Shown here: one piece after another, positions 26,800-36,840 of the stretch
Position numbering within the stretch: the first letter of the stretch is position 1
Layout: the number at the start of each line of letters is the position of its first letter
Source of the DNA: Raillietiella orientalis
Taxonomy: Eukaryota
Direction of reading: 5' to 3'
Assembly (NCBI GenBank): GCA_036172245.1
Contig: JAYWIR010000010.1
Coordinates: 3,286,001 to 3,350,000, forward strand
DNA: 64,000 nucleotides
The notes under the pieces: model-generated
Seen by the model: only the letters and a program-made list of their open reading frames with translations
Databases searched by the model: none
What the model was told of the DNA's origin: nothing
Program-made: the position numbers and the translations under genes

Positions 26800-29515
26800 A
26801 GATGAGGCGATTTCGCAACATCCCTCATACTTGCACATGCGAGACCTTCCACCCTTCCTGCGCGCACTCTTATGCCATGATCCTCGCGACGCAGTACGGG
26901 ATGGCGGTGGGGAATGCAGACGGAAGCCCGTCACGCGCGAAGCAAGAGGTTCCTCGGAGGTGTCCTTAAGACGAGGCAGGGTAGCTCCGAGGCACTTCCA
27001 AACTCACCGAAGAGCACTCCGGTCCAGAAGCAGGTAAGGCATTCTTTCCACTACCCTGCACGTGACGCAGTTCGAGGAGACGCTTTCCTCATCCAGCGAT
27101 GCCATCACTAGCCGCACGGATAGCTCCAGAGCACGAAGGGAAGAGCCGCGTTACGCCACCTGAGGAGCAGCACGGGAACGCTCACAAGCATCCCACCCGG
27201 CGGAGCAGACTTTTTGCGCGAGCACTGGCTACTTGCCGCGAGGGACACTCGCCTAGGAGTTTGTCCCTTCCTGCCATGGAGCGCGAGGTCGCCCGCCTTC
27301 CCGGCCGGTTGCTGCAGTCGCTCTTCCTGGTTGCGAGTGGGAGGAATCACGGACACGTCGGGTAGACTCCTGACGCGCGTCCAGGTGCCCGCTTCCTCCT
27401 ATCGTTATGCGCTGTGGTTTGCTGGGCAGCAGGAGATCCACTGATCTCCATTCCACAGGGAGTGAATCTGCTTCGGTGGCGATCCATGCGGTCTCGGTTG
27501 GTGGGTATCAGAGATGCTGCGACTCCCTCGCAACCGACCGCGCGCCTTGCGATCTCGCGCTCAGGCAGGCACGAATGTTGGCATCCGATTCCCGGCCATC
27601 AAGGTCGGAATTCTCGAGCGGACCTGCAGCTCCATTTTCTCTATGGTGAGGATGCCGCGTGTTCTTGGGGCAACGCGGTCTTTGAGGGGAGAAACCCTCG
27701 ACCTCGCGGTGCCCTGCAGTGCTCTCCGGGATGCAGGGCACCGCAGCTCCTTCGTCTTGCGCTTCGCCTCGTGTGGCTGGATGAAAGCAGAAAGAAGGGA
27801 ACTGAGAAGAGGCTCTCAGCGAGGAAATTGCCCATGGAGACCTGTTGCGGCTAGCCAAACTTGTCTTTCGAACGAAGCGAGCGCCTCCACTGTCTTCCGG
27901 AGGCAACGGGACCAGACTTCCGTGGGACAGAAATCTCCCGAGTGAGCGCCGAGGTATTTCGCCGTGCCGCTCACCGAGGAACCACAAGCGGATCCGAACC
28001 TGCCCACGCCGCGCCGACAGGAACGGTCTTCGTCTCCGTCCTGCTCGCGCTCGTGCGCGCTGGCCCCAAGAACTGTTCGGCACTCGGAGCAGGAACTTGT
28101 CGGCGTGCTGGAGAACGAGAGCGGCAGCGTCTCCGGGGTTCTTCTGCGTGCACTGCGCACTTACTCGAAGATGGACTCGAGCTGTCGCCTTTCCTGATCC
28201 CCATGCGCGCCGACGCGCCGCACGCGCGTCGACCGCTGCGGGCAACATTTCTGAGAGCTCCGCACCAAAGCGAGCGCAGGTACAGCAGAAGGATTCGCGG
28301 GAGATTCGAGAGCTCCGGGATCGTCAGCAGGAGTTCCTGGCTCACGTAGTCGAGCGCTTTTTGGATGGCGACTGCGACGGCCTTGCACCTTTCGGGACCT
28401 CGATGGTCCTGGGGCACTTGTTATTGAACGGCTTCCACAGCGGAAACGAGGTCTGAGCAAAGAATTGCTTGTGCCCGGTGTTCCTCTTGGAAGCGGCGTT
28501 CCCGGTTCCGGACTGATGACGGAGTTATCAGCCTGCCACAGGTGCATGGTCAGCAGGTTGGAAAGCAGCTTGAGCTGCTGAACTGTGAAAGTGAGCGATT
28601 GCTAATTGCTGAAAGTGCGTATGTGTCCCATTCTATCGGTAGGAGAACTCTGGATGACCGGAAGGAGTCAGGCACCTCACCCCTCTTCCGGATCAGCATG
28701 TAGAAAGACTTGGTGGCGCCGCGCCAGTATGCTGGCTTGGGCATACTGACCATCGAGATGATAGGACTGCAGATGAATTCCCGAAAGAATTCCTCGAATG
28801 AGTCTGCAGGGGTAGACATAGGGGGCAACAGCAAGAGGTCATCTGCATAGGCTGACACGGCCGACATACCGTGGCACGAGCTCGGCAGGGAAGCCAGAGT
28901 ATCCCTGTACTCAGCACCAACTCGAAGTAGGTGCTGAAAAGTAAGGGGCTCAGGGTGTTTCCCTGTCTCATGCTGCGCCGCACCGGAATGTCGTAGACAT
29001 GCCAGCCGTTGAAAAAAACATTCATGGCGGAGCTATGGCGGGGACTTGCTTCGACACTTCGTCTTCCCCAGAACACTATTACCAGTTTGCTGCGGCACTT
29101 CACCCAAGACGGATTGAAGAAAGGCGCTGTTGCATCTGCACCATAGTGACAGTCCACCACGTATTGGAGTTAGGTTCGCGGGGAATAGAGGCCACCAGAA
29201 TGGTAAAAGCCCTCATGTGGACACCAGAGAGGTGTCCTCATCTGCTAGAAGTTTCCAGAGAGATGGTCACCACCCAGAGCAGCTTCCAGAAGGAAAGGAA
29301 AGATCAACCAAAGATCCCTGTCTTCATTCTCCCATCATCTTTATTGCCCCTTCCCTCCGTTCCTTTTGGAAACCGGCCAGTCTGCCGAATGAACTTCCTT
29401 TTTTTGGGGCATTTCTTGTTTTTCAGGGTTTCTTTTACCCTTTTCATTTCCCCATTCTAACCCATAATTCTTTTCCCTTGTAACTTGTAGTTTGTTTTGT
29501 TTTCAAAATAAATGT
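26800..29515. mobile_element. Degenerate, rearranged copy or copies of a related L1/Tx1-like element
   Basis: Minus strand: MLIRKRGEVPDSFRSSRVLLP, AVAVAIQKALDYVSQELLL, MGIRKGDSSSP, plus a second RT piece RRSMRQGNTLSPLLFSTYFELVL / AYADDLLLL at 28800-29020. Plus strand: PEHYYQFAAAL (~29070), then a pyrimidine-rich tail ending in AATAAA (~29510). Confidence 0.75.
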
Positions 29516-29929
29516 TTCTGTGTGAACAGGTAAGAATCGGAACAGTATGTATCAGCTCATGCATCAGGGGGCAGAGTTCTACGTAGGGGAGTTGGAAAAA
29601 TTCCGCCTGCGGCTGGTTCTTCCCTGGTACTTGAAGCGTCTTGAGCTCTCCGATGGCTCAGAGCATCTCCTGCAGAGAGAAATTCACAATGCACTCCTCG
29701 TTCCCTATCATAGGAACCTCTCTCCTGCAGCAGCTGCCGCGAAAAGTCGCTTTCCACGGGTGCACTCGCGTAGATGGAGGAGGAGAACGGCAGCGTACCA
29801 ATTCTATGGTTCGCTAAGGTAAGTACCTCAGAGCCGGTCGCGTGCCTCGCGGCGCACGTGGCTCTTTTAAACACACTATTTTGCTTCCACGCCCCTCCGC
29901 CCGCCGCAACCCGCAGGGATGTGTGTACT

Positions 29930-30600
29930 TCTTCAGTGTAATATTCTTCAGGATAGGGGGCACCCCGGGATGGGGGTCCACCCTATGAATCCAGGAAGGG
30001 CTAGGAGTCCGTTCCTCTCACGCTTGGGGAGGGATCCCCCCGGAAGGGGGGGGGGGATCGCACCTCCCACCCTGGTTGTCTCCGAAGGGGAACTCCGAAG
30101 GGAATCGCCTTCCTCATTCTCTCCGGAGGGACACCCCCCAATGGGAGATTGTGGGGGGTGTCCCCACCAATCTCCCCCACTTTCTTTTTCAATGCTGTCC
30201 CCCACCCTCACCACCTCCTTCCTTTCCTTCTGGAAATAGGGAGGGGCTGTCCTCATCATTTCAACTTCTTCGAAAGGAACCTGGAAAGGATCCGCTAGTA
30301 GGAACTTCTCCGGAGGGAACCCGCAAGGAAACCGCTCCTGTTCACTCCTCTGAGGAGAACCCCGAAGGGACGCTTCCGAAACTCAGAAGGGGCGCTGCAG
30401 CTTCCCGCAGGGAACCGCCCTCGCTTGCTTCCTTGCACTCTGTGAAGATGCGAAACCGGAGGGGTCCCCTGGTGAGGGGGGTCCGCTCTCCATCGCACGA
30501 CAGGAGGGGGAACTCCCACTCCTTTATTCCCGGGGAGACCCGAAGGTCAACTTCCCATTGTTCCAGCCTTCATCGGGGTCTCCAGCTTAATCCACCGCCG
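29930..30600 (-). repeat. Interspersed repeat copy 2 (hairpin-rich tail)
   Basis: Shares ATGAATCCAGGAAGG...GAGTCCGTT.CTCTCACGC...TCCGAAGGG...GGAGGGAACCCGCAAGG...AACCCCGAAGGGACGCT with 13940-14300. Confidence 0.75.
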
Positions 30601-32899
30601 GTGCTACGCCCGAATGATTAGGCCAACGCAGAAGTCTTAACCACAAAGCCTCCGACGCGGGCCTGCTAAGTCTATGCTACTTCAACATCACTACTTCAAT
30701 TTCAAGGCCATAATTCTGCAGTGGCTGCTATTCCAGTTTCTCCTCTGAAATCTTCTGGGCAAACTGGAAAAATTTCTGTTAACAGGATATTAGGAGAATG
30801 AAGCAATAAAGTGTGGCTTTTACTGCATTATTTCCGATTCCCAGTGCAGGTGCAGGTGCAGGTGAATTTTGAAGAACACGATTGTAGGTTGGTGGATGGC
30901 GTGAACGTCCGAGAACAGTCAGTATCAATTTGGTAGTGCCTTGATGCAAAGGCTCTAACAGCCTATTAGTTCCCCCCTTGACTGACAACTAGCCTGAACA
31001 GTCTGACAGCGTTTTTCAATTCTGGACCGCAGCTTCTGGAAAGCATCATCAATGACATGCATCCCCCAAGTGAGGAGAATTATGATCCCCATCCCTTGAA
31101 TTTTCTTCACGCAGGGCATCCGGAAGTATCCGGAGGTCACAACTTTGCTCGTGTGAACCAAGGGAACATAGTGCATCCAGTTTGGAAAACGCCATTTCGG
31201 TGTGGCTCTTTCTGGTTCCATCGATGACTCCGTCTCCTTGGGTATGCCTTACCTAGGTGACTCGTTGCATTGCAGTGACTGCAAACCTCGAGTTTCCCCA
31301 CAAACAAATCGTCCACCTACTCTTCGTCTAATTGTATTTTGTGAGAATTTTTCCTTCACCCTTCACAGCAACGTGCACTGCAGCTGAACTGTCAAACATT
31401 CCCTCAGAACCGAGGAGGTGGTTTGCCTTATACCACACCACATGCATGATAACAAACCGGAACAGTTCCCGGATGACTTTCTGTTTTGCCATCCAGAGCA
31501 CGATACTCATAAGAAGGACCATAAATGAGCAGCTTTCCGTTTTAGAAAAGAGGTTGTGGCCCTCGATTACTAGAGAGGAATTTAGGATTCTCTGAGACAC
31601 TTCCGTGTTTGTGCAGAAGAGCTTGACGGAGATATCATTGCTGAACACTAGGAGCCCTTCCAGCTCCCTCTCAAACACGCTGAACTTTTGAAATTGGCGG
31701 CAAGCACAGCGCAGATCCACTTTTCCTCAGTCTTCATAGACTGTGGACGAGATCGTAGCTGTAGGCATTCCCCTCCGAGTTCCTGGAAGTGAAGGGTTGC
31801 TGCCGTAGCCACGTCGCTCCAGGTTCTCGCGATCGTCGTGACTGCACCCAAGGAACTGGAATCTGTTCCGACTAGAAGAGCCCCTTCTCCTTCCCTTTTG
31901 TAGTGGTGGGTGCACATTCATGGGAGACTGGGAACTCCAGGAAGGGAACCGCATTAACCATCGCCAAAGCAAACTGTCCCTTGGGACTTCAAACGAAGAG
32001 AAACGAACTCGCGAGTCGGAGACCTTTTGGAAGCTACATCTTGCGGTCCAGTGACTTCAGAAGAAAGCCTTTCTAAGAAGCTGTAGCTACATAAAAACGC
32101 GTCTGCTTGTGGCTTGAGCCGGACGGGATGGGAGGTCAGAAAATGGGTGTTACCACTGGTTTCTAGGCTGTTAGATCACAATCGTCTTGAAAGACTTTTT
32201 TATTCCACCTTCCAGTTCAATCCACTTCCCTGCCCTCATCATGGGGCGATAGCGGTTGCAAACGGCTCCCTTGCATGATGACAGCACTCTCCTTCCATTC
32301 CGGAGATTAAGGTTTGCCCGCACGTGACAGAAGATCGCCAAAGAGGAGACAATCGATAAGTTCGAGGAGGGGATGCTTTTCTCGAAAAGATCTTGTGAAG
32401 GAAGAGGAGGGAAGAAGAGGTGAGGTATCACAATCAGTGCCCGTAATATGAGCCTGTAGCCCTATTGTAGCCTTTTGAGTCCAAAAGCGCTAATTGGTGC
32501 ATCCCTTCAACTCTGTAGCACGCACATTCTATAAGGATGTCCTCGGAGGAGGGGCAGTAAGAAGCCTCGTTACGGAAAGGGCTACAGGTTATCGGCAAGA
32601 TGATGGTGTGGTGGCAGAGAAAAGGAAGGATGGTCAGAAGGTTCAGGATCTCGGAATTATTTTCATGAGTTTTAAGAAAACTCCTTCATCTCTGTGGATC
32701 CTTGCATGGAGTCTTTGGGCGTTGAGCTTCTGGGCGTGAGTTCCATTACAGCTTCAGCGTTTTGAAGGATGGGGTTAGCAGCTCACACAGTCTGGCAAGT
32801 TGGCTCCCTCTTTGAAAGGGATCTCATCTCCTCCATTCCCACCGAGATAGGCGGGGTTGCATACCCATAGGTCTGTGCAATTCATAAACAGAGAAATAT

Positions 32900-34200
32900 G
32901 CAAGGCCTTGTTCGTTTCCTTACGAGGAGTTTTTAAATGAACGGCGACCTTTGGTATCCAGGTTACAGGAATGAAATCCTTCAGAAAGGATAAAAGCAGC
33001 TACGTTGCTCGGGATGCTCAGGGCAGTTGGTTTCGGTGAGCCGACTGAATGGAAAACCGTCGAGTGAGAACGCATCGAGTTTGGTGCATCACGCAAGCTC
33101 GCGTTTCTAAACCTTGCGAGCGGTGTTAATGATGACATTGCCATTTCTCCCTTCTTTGATTTATTTGCTTCCTCTGCTATTCTGCTACGTTTGTCATCTG
33201 AACATACAATAGTCCATCGTTTGCACGCCGGAAGCACAGCATCCTCTGACGTGTCCAAATAGTATCTTTGACAGGCATCTGATCGCAAACAAAGAGCCAT
33301 TGACCAATCGTTCTCCTCATCCTATCTGTGAAATCAAGGAGTGTATCCCCTAGCTCAGCAGCGATTAGGTTCGATGATCTTTCAGATTTGCACACAGCAC
33401 CAAAAAGTTCTCATGAAAAACTCACATCTCAGAGGATAATCATTAAATCTGCGTTCAGCTGGAAGGCTTTTTTTTTTCTTATAGAGGCAGTCAAGCATCC
33501 CTTCAATGTAGATGGAGCATGCACTGATTTTTTTTCTGAAGAACTTTTCTACTGCCTTCATCGAATCATGTCACGTCAGCTCAGAACAATTCTCATCTCA
33601 ATCCCTCTTCTTAACACAATTATTTTTCGTGAATTGTAGTTTATCTTTTCCAGATGATGAGGGACACAAGTTTTACAGCATAAGCTAAAACTGTCGGTAT
33701 CAACGTTACTCCTGACTTCCTACTTCCAGCAGAAATTTACTGCCTTGGGCTTTCCTCTTTATTGCAAGCTGTAAGGTATGAAGCACTTCGGAGCACAGAG
33801 ATTAGTCTGCGTTGACAAGGAAACTAGTTTCTCCTCGAACTGGAGACAGAATGTGGAAACGAAAGAAGTTTCTCGAGGCGCTCTTGTGCGGAACTTTGCA
33901 CCAGACTCGTCCATGCTTCAGAATCACTACCACTTCCTAGAACCATTTTCCCACGTTATCCTGAGCGTGGTTTTTGGCTATTTCCTATCTGAGTTTTCAA
34001 CTTCTTAAAGCCTTTCAGGTCATACGACAGAAAATCATTTTTCGGGCTTCTCTCATCGGGGCAGAGGGTCGCGATGCCGATAATGATTGACTGGCTGGTC
34101 AGTCATCTTCTGCAAGGCAACTCTGTAAACGAAAAAATCCTTCCCATGTTGTTATGTACTTTGAAGTTTCTTCCCCGCACTCATCGTCTCCACCATCATT
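32900..34200 (-). pseudogene. Probable degenerate hAT transposase next to the viral insertion
   Basis: Collinear remnants: DN...MV (~33950), HTLQLAIK (~33757-33780; cf. C.AHTLQLA), and ALSIPSNVAAFILSEGFHSCNLDTKGRRS (cf. LSIPATS..SER.FS...TKRR). Confidence 0.45.
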
Positions 34201-34829
34201 CAGCTGAACCAGTCTTTCATCTGTCCTCATTTTCAATGTTTTTTATTATTTCAAAATTGACAGCCTTGCCAGCACGTTGTAAACTGGATCCTACGCGTGC
34301 GCCCAGCTCGAGCAAGACTATGGAATGGACAACATGAGTCCAGTTACAGTGGCAAATACACTTGGGAATGCATGTCATCAAGGAAGCTGCAAAAGGAATA
34401 TTGAGAAAGGGAAAGAAGGACAATTACAAATTACAAGGATACCACTGAGCACACCGGAACAGTTGAAGGGCTGACCACGGCATTCGTAAGCAATCCTAAG
34501 TATGACAGACGAGATCTTAGTTATGAGGATAAGAGGCCTGATTAGATGTCGGAACTGATAAGATGGAACTGATTTTGGCGGATTCAGCCTGCAGTCGGGC
34601 AAAGGCTGTACACTGTTGAAGTTGGTTCAGTGCAAAGTTGGCGTCCAGTTGTCCACAACAGAGAAAAAAGTTGGTCATCTTGTAGTTAGCTTTCGAACAG
34701 TATCAGCAGCAAGTAAAGCATAGATGAGTTATTGTATTCTGCTTTGGTAGAATCTGAATCGGATGGAAGAAACAAACATTCTTATTCCGAATGCTACTAT
34801 TTCGGTCTTTTACATCGACAAATTTTACA

Positions 34830-35549
34830 TCAAAATGTTTTCTTCTTTAGGAAATGGAATGATGTATCAATTACAAGGATTGTAGAATTAGATACCTCTT
34901 TAAGATGATCTAAATGTCTACGATAAGTGTTGGAGTAAAACCTCAATCCACGTACACCAAAATATCGCTCGAAACAACCAGACGTTTCCACATGACCAGC
35001 TATTACATCTTCCACTCTACTATAAGGCATTCCAGTTAAGGCTCCAAAGGTCTCTCCCTGCTTTGGACTTTGATACAGCAACATATTTCGATACGACACC
35101 TTCATTCCGAATTCTTCACCCATGTTTCCAATTGTTAAGCCCAAAGACAAAGGCTCTATCTTCACAGACAGACCTTTAACCCTCATATACCTATAATATC
35201 TTGAAAATTGCTCCAGATTACAGATACGCAACAAATCCTTAACAGTAGGCGCGTCTTCCAAATAAGTATACATCCAGGCACAATTAACAGCATCACCATC
35301 GGCTGTCCTCAAAGACGAGTAATGCGTTGCGCCCTGCGTTTGGTCCCTTACAACTACACGCGTTGTTCTTAATAAACGGTAACGCGAACCACGCATACGC
35401 CTCCATTTACGACGACGAACATTCCAACGACGGCGACGTTTAAACGTACTATATCCACTACGCCGACGTGACACACGACGACGCTTTACATAACCAGAAG
35501 ATACTGCACGCTTTCGTTTTCTAGAACGAACAGCGCGAGGCAACGCCAT
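34830..35549 (-). CDS. cap: Putative CRESS-virus capsid protein (239 aa, open)
   Basis: Very Arg/Lys-rich N-terminus (MALPRAVRSRKRKR...RRRRWNVRRRKWRRMRGSRYR) and FSRYYRYMRVKGLSVKIEP resembling the circovirus-type capsid YYRI.KVKV motif. Lies divergent from Rep across the origin. The last ~20 aa may be read-through into host DNA. Confidence 0.8.
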   Translation of the reverse strand: MALPRAVRSRKRKRAVSSGYVKRRRVSRRRSGYSTFKRRRRWNVRRRKWRRMRGSRYRLLRTTRVVVRDQTQGATHYSSLRTADGDAVNCAWMYTYLEDAPTVKDLLRICNLEQFSRYYRYMRVKGLSVKIEPLSLGLTIGNMGEEFGMKVSYRNMLLYQSPKQGETFGALTGMPYSRVEDVIAGHVETSGCFERYFGVRGLRFYSNTYRRHLDHLKEVSNSTILVIDTSFHFLKKKTF

Positions 35550-35783
35550 TCCGCTGATTGACAGCGTACTGGCGACCTAACGTAACCCCCCTCTCTTTTT
35601 AAGTCTGGCTGGTGGGCACGCCCATCCGACTTTATTAGCCTTCCACGAGGTCGGATCACGCCCACGCGCTTCCCACGTGCACAGCAACAGCTTGTTCCGC
35701 ATTCCATAGCCTTCCACGATTGCGGCACCTTCTATATCTATTTTAACATACGGAATTTCCCAAGGTTTTGCGTTGTCAGCTAC

Positions 35784-35818
35784 ATGCAATCTGGGTAATA
35801 CTATTGACCAGATTGCAT
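35784..35818 (-). promoter_or_regulatory. Rolling-circle replication origin stem-loop with nonanucleotide TAGTATTAC
   Basis: Perfect 11-bp arms ATGCAATCTGG (35784-35794) and CCAGATTGCAT (35808-35818). The 13-nt loop reads TCAATAGTATTAC on the minus strand; nonamer at 35795-35803. Confidence 0.93.
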
Positions 35819-35823
35819 TCCTG

Positions 35824-35843
35824 CGCAGTTACGCAGTATAAAT
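35824..35843 (+). promoter_or_regulatory. Candidate iteron pair (CGCAGT x2) and Rep TATA box
   Basis: CGCAGT repeated directly beside the stem-loop, overlapping TATAAAT at 35837-35843, about 50 nt upstream of the Rep ATG (35894). Confidence 0.5.
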
Positions 35844-35893
35844 ACAACTACACGGACAACCAAACCCAAGTCTTACTTACCGAGAATTTCGAG

Positions 35894-36840
35894 ATGCCGT
35901 ACGCACTATTTTTTAATTGGTGTTTCACCTTGTGCAATTTCACAGAGGAAGACCTGAAGGAGATCGAGACATGGTGCCGAGCAAACTGCTTCTTCGCCTG
36001 CATCGGGAAAGAAACAGCCAAGACAGGGACGCCACAACTTCAAGGCTACTTTCAGTTAAAAGAACCTAGAACTATGCCAGGCTTGAAAGGGAAAACATTT
36101 CGAAAATGTCAACTAGAAAAAGCAAGAGGCAGTCCACGGAGCAACTTGAGGTACTGCACCAAGGAAGACAAAGAAGCTTGGACATACGGCAAAATCAACG
36201 AGGCCAACGAACCACAGGATTACCAAGATCTCGTAAGCATAATAACTACCTAACAAACCTAAAACAATTCTCTTACAGATACTACAACTCATAGAAGATG
36301 GAGCTGATGAACACTTCATCCTCAAGAACCACACAAAATTTTATTCTAAAAACATCAACTTCGTCGAAGAGTGCTTCCGATTGACAGGAAGCAGAGCGCA
36401 CCCTAATCCATTAGCAAACCTACAACTTCGATCCTGGCAATTGGACATCATCAAGCATATTCGCCACACGCCAGACAACAGGAAAATACATTGGTTCTAT
36501 GATCCCGTCGGAGGAATTGGCTAAACCACAATGGCCAAATTCCTGTACCTTAAAAAGGGTGCTATCTACATGCACTCCTGCAAAAAGGCCGACGCTGCCC
36601 ATATCTAAAATGGAGAACGAATCATAGTTGTGGATCTTACAAGAGATAATATGGAACATGTGCAATATGGATTTATTGAGAGCCTTAAAAATGGAATTAT
36701 TTTCGATTCCAAATATCAAGGCTCTATAAAATATTTTCAACCACCTCACATTATTGTCTTTAGTAATTGTGAGCCTAATTACGACAAGATGAGTTCTGAT
36801 AGGTGGGTTGTTCGTGATGTTTCTGTACAATGGTGTGAGA
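35894..36840 (+). pseudogene. rep: CRESS Rep (HUH endonuclease + SF3 helicase), spliced, two premature stops
   Basis: Exon 1 (35894-36232) has motif I FTLCN, motif II PQLQGY (H>Q) and motif III YCTKE. Exon 2 (from 36279) reads LRSWQ...RKIHWFYDPVGGIG*TT (Walker A, TAA 36522-36524), HI*NGERIIVVDL (TAA 36606-36608, Walker B), YGFIESLKNG..FDSKY, PHIIVFSN (motif C), KMSSDRW. The frame stays open to 36941, likely into host sequence. Confidence 0.92.
36233..36278 (+). other. Predicted 46-nt phase-0 intron in viral Rep
   Basis: GTAAGC donor, CTAAC branch-like motif, TTCTCTTACAG acceptor. Removing it joins ...YQDL|ILQLIEDG... in frame with the helicase and eliminates the TAA at 36251. Confidence 0.8.

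Larger units (their letters stand above)
34830..36840. mobile_element. Endogenous CRESS-DNA virus (ambisense cap/rep, near-complete genome)
   Basis: Divergent capsid-like ORF (-) and Rep (+) separated by a ~345-nt intergenic region containing a stem-loop with the nonanucleotide TAGTATTAC. About 2 kb in total; boundaries approximate. Confidence 0.93.

Noticed and set aside
30950..32050. Coding-like minus-strand stretch (FQFLGC...)
   Set aside because: Probably a decayed TE, but there is no collinear motif set to name it.
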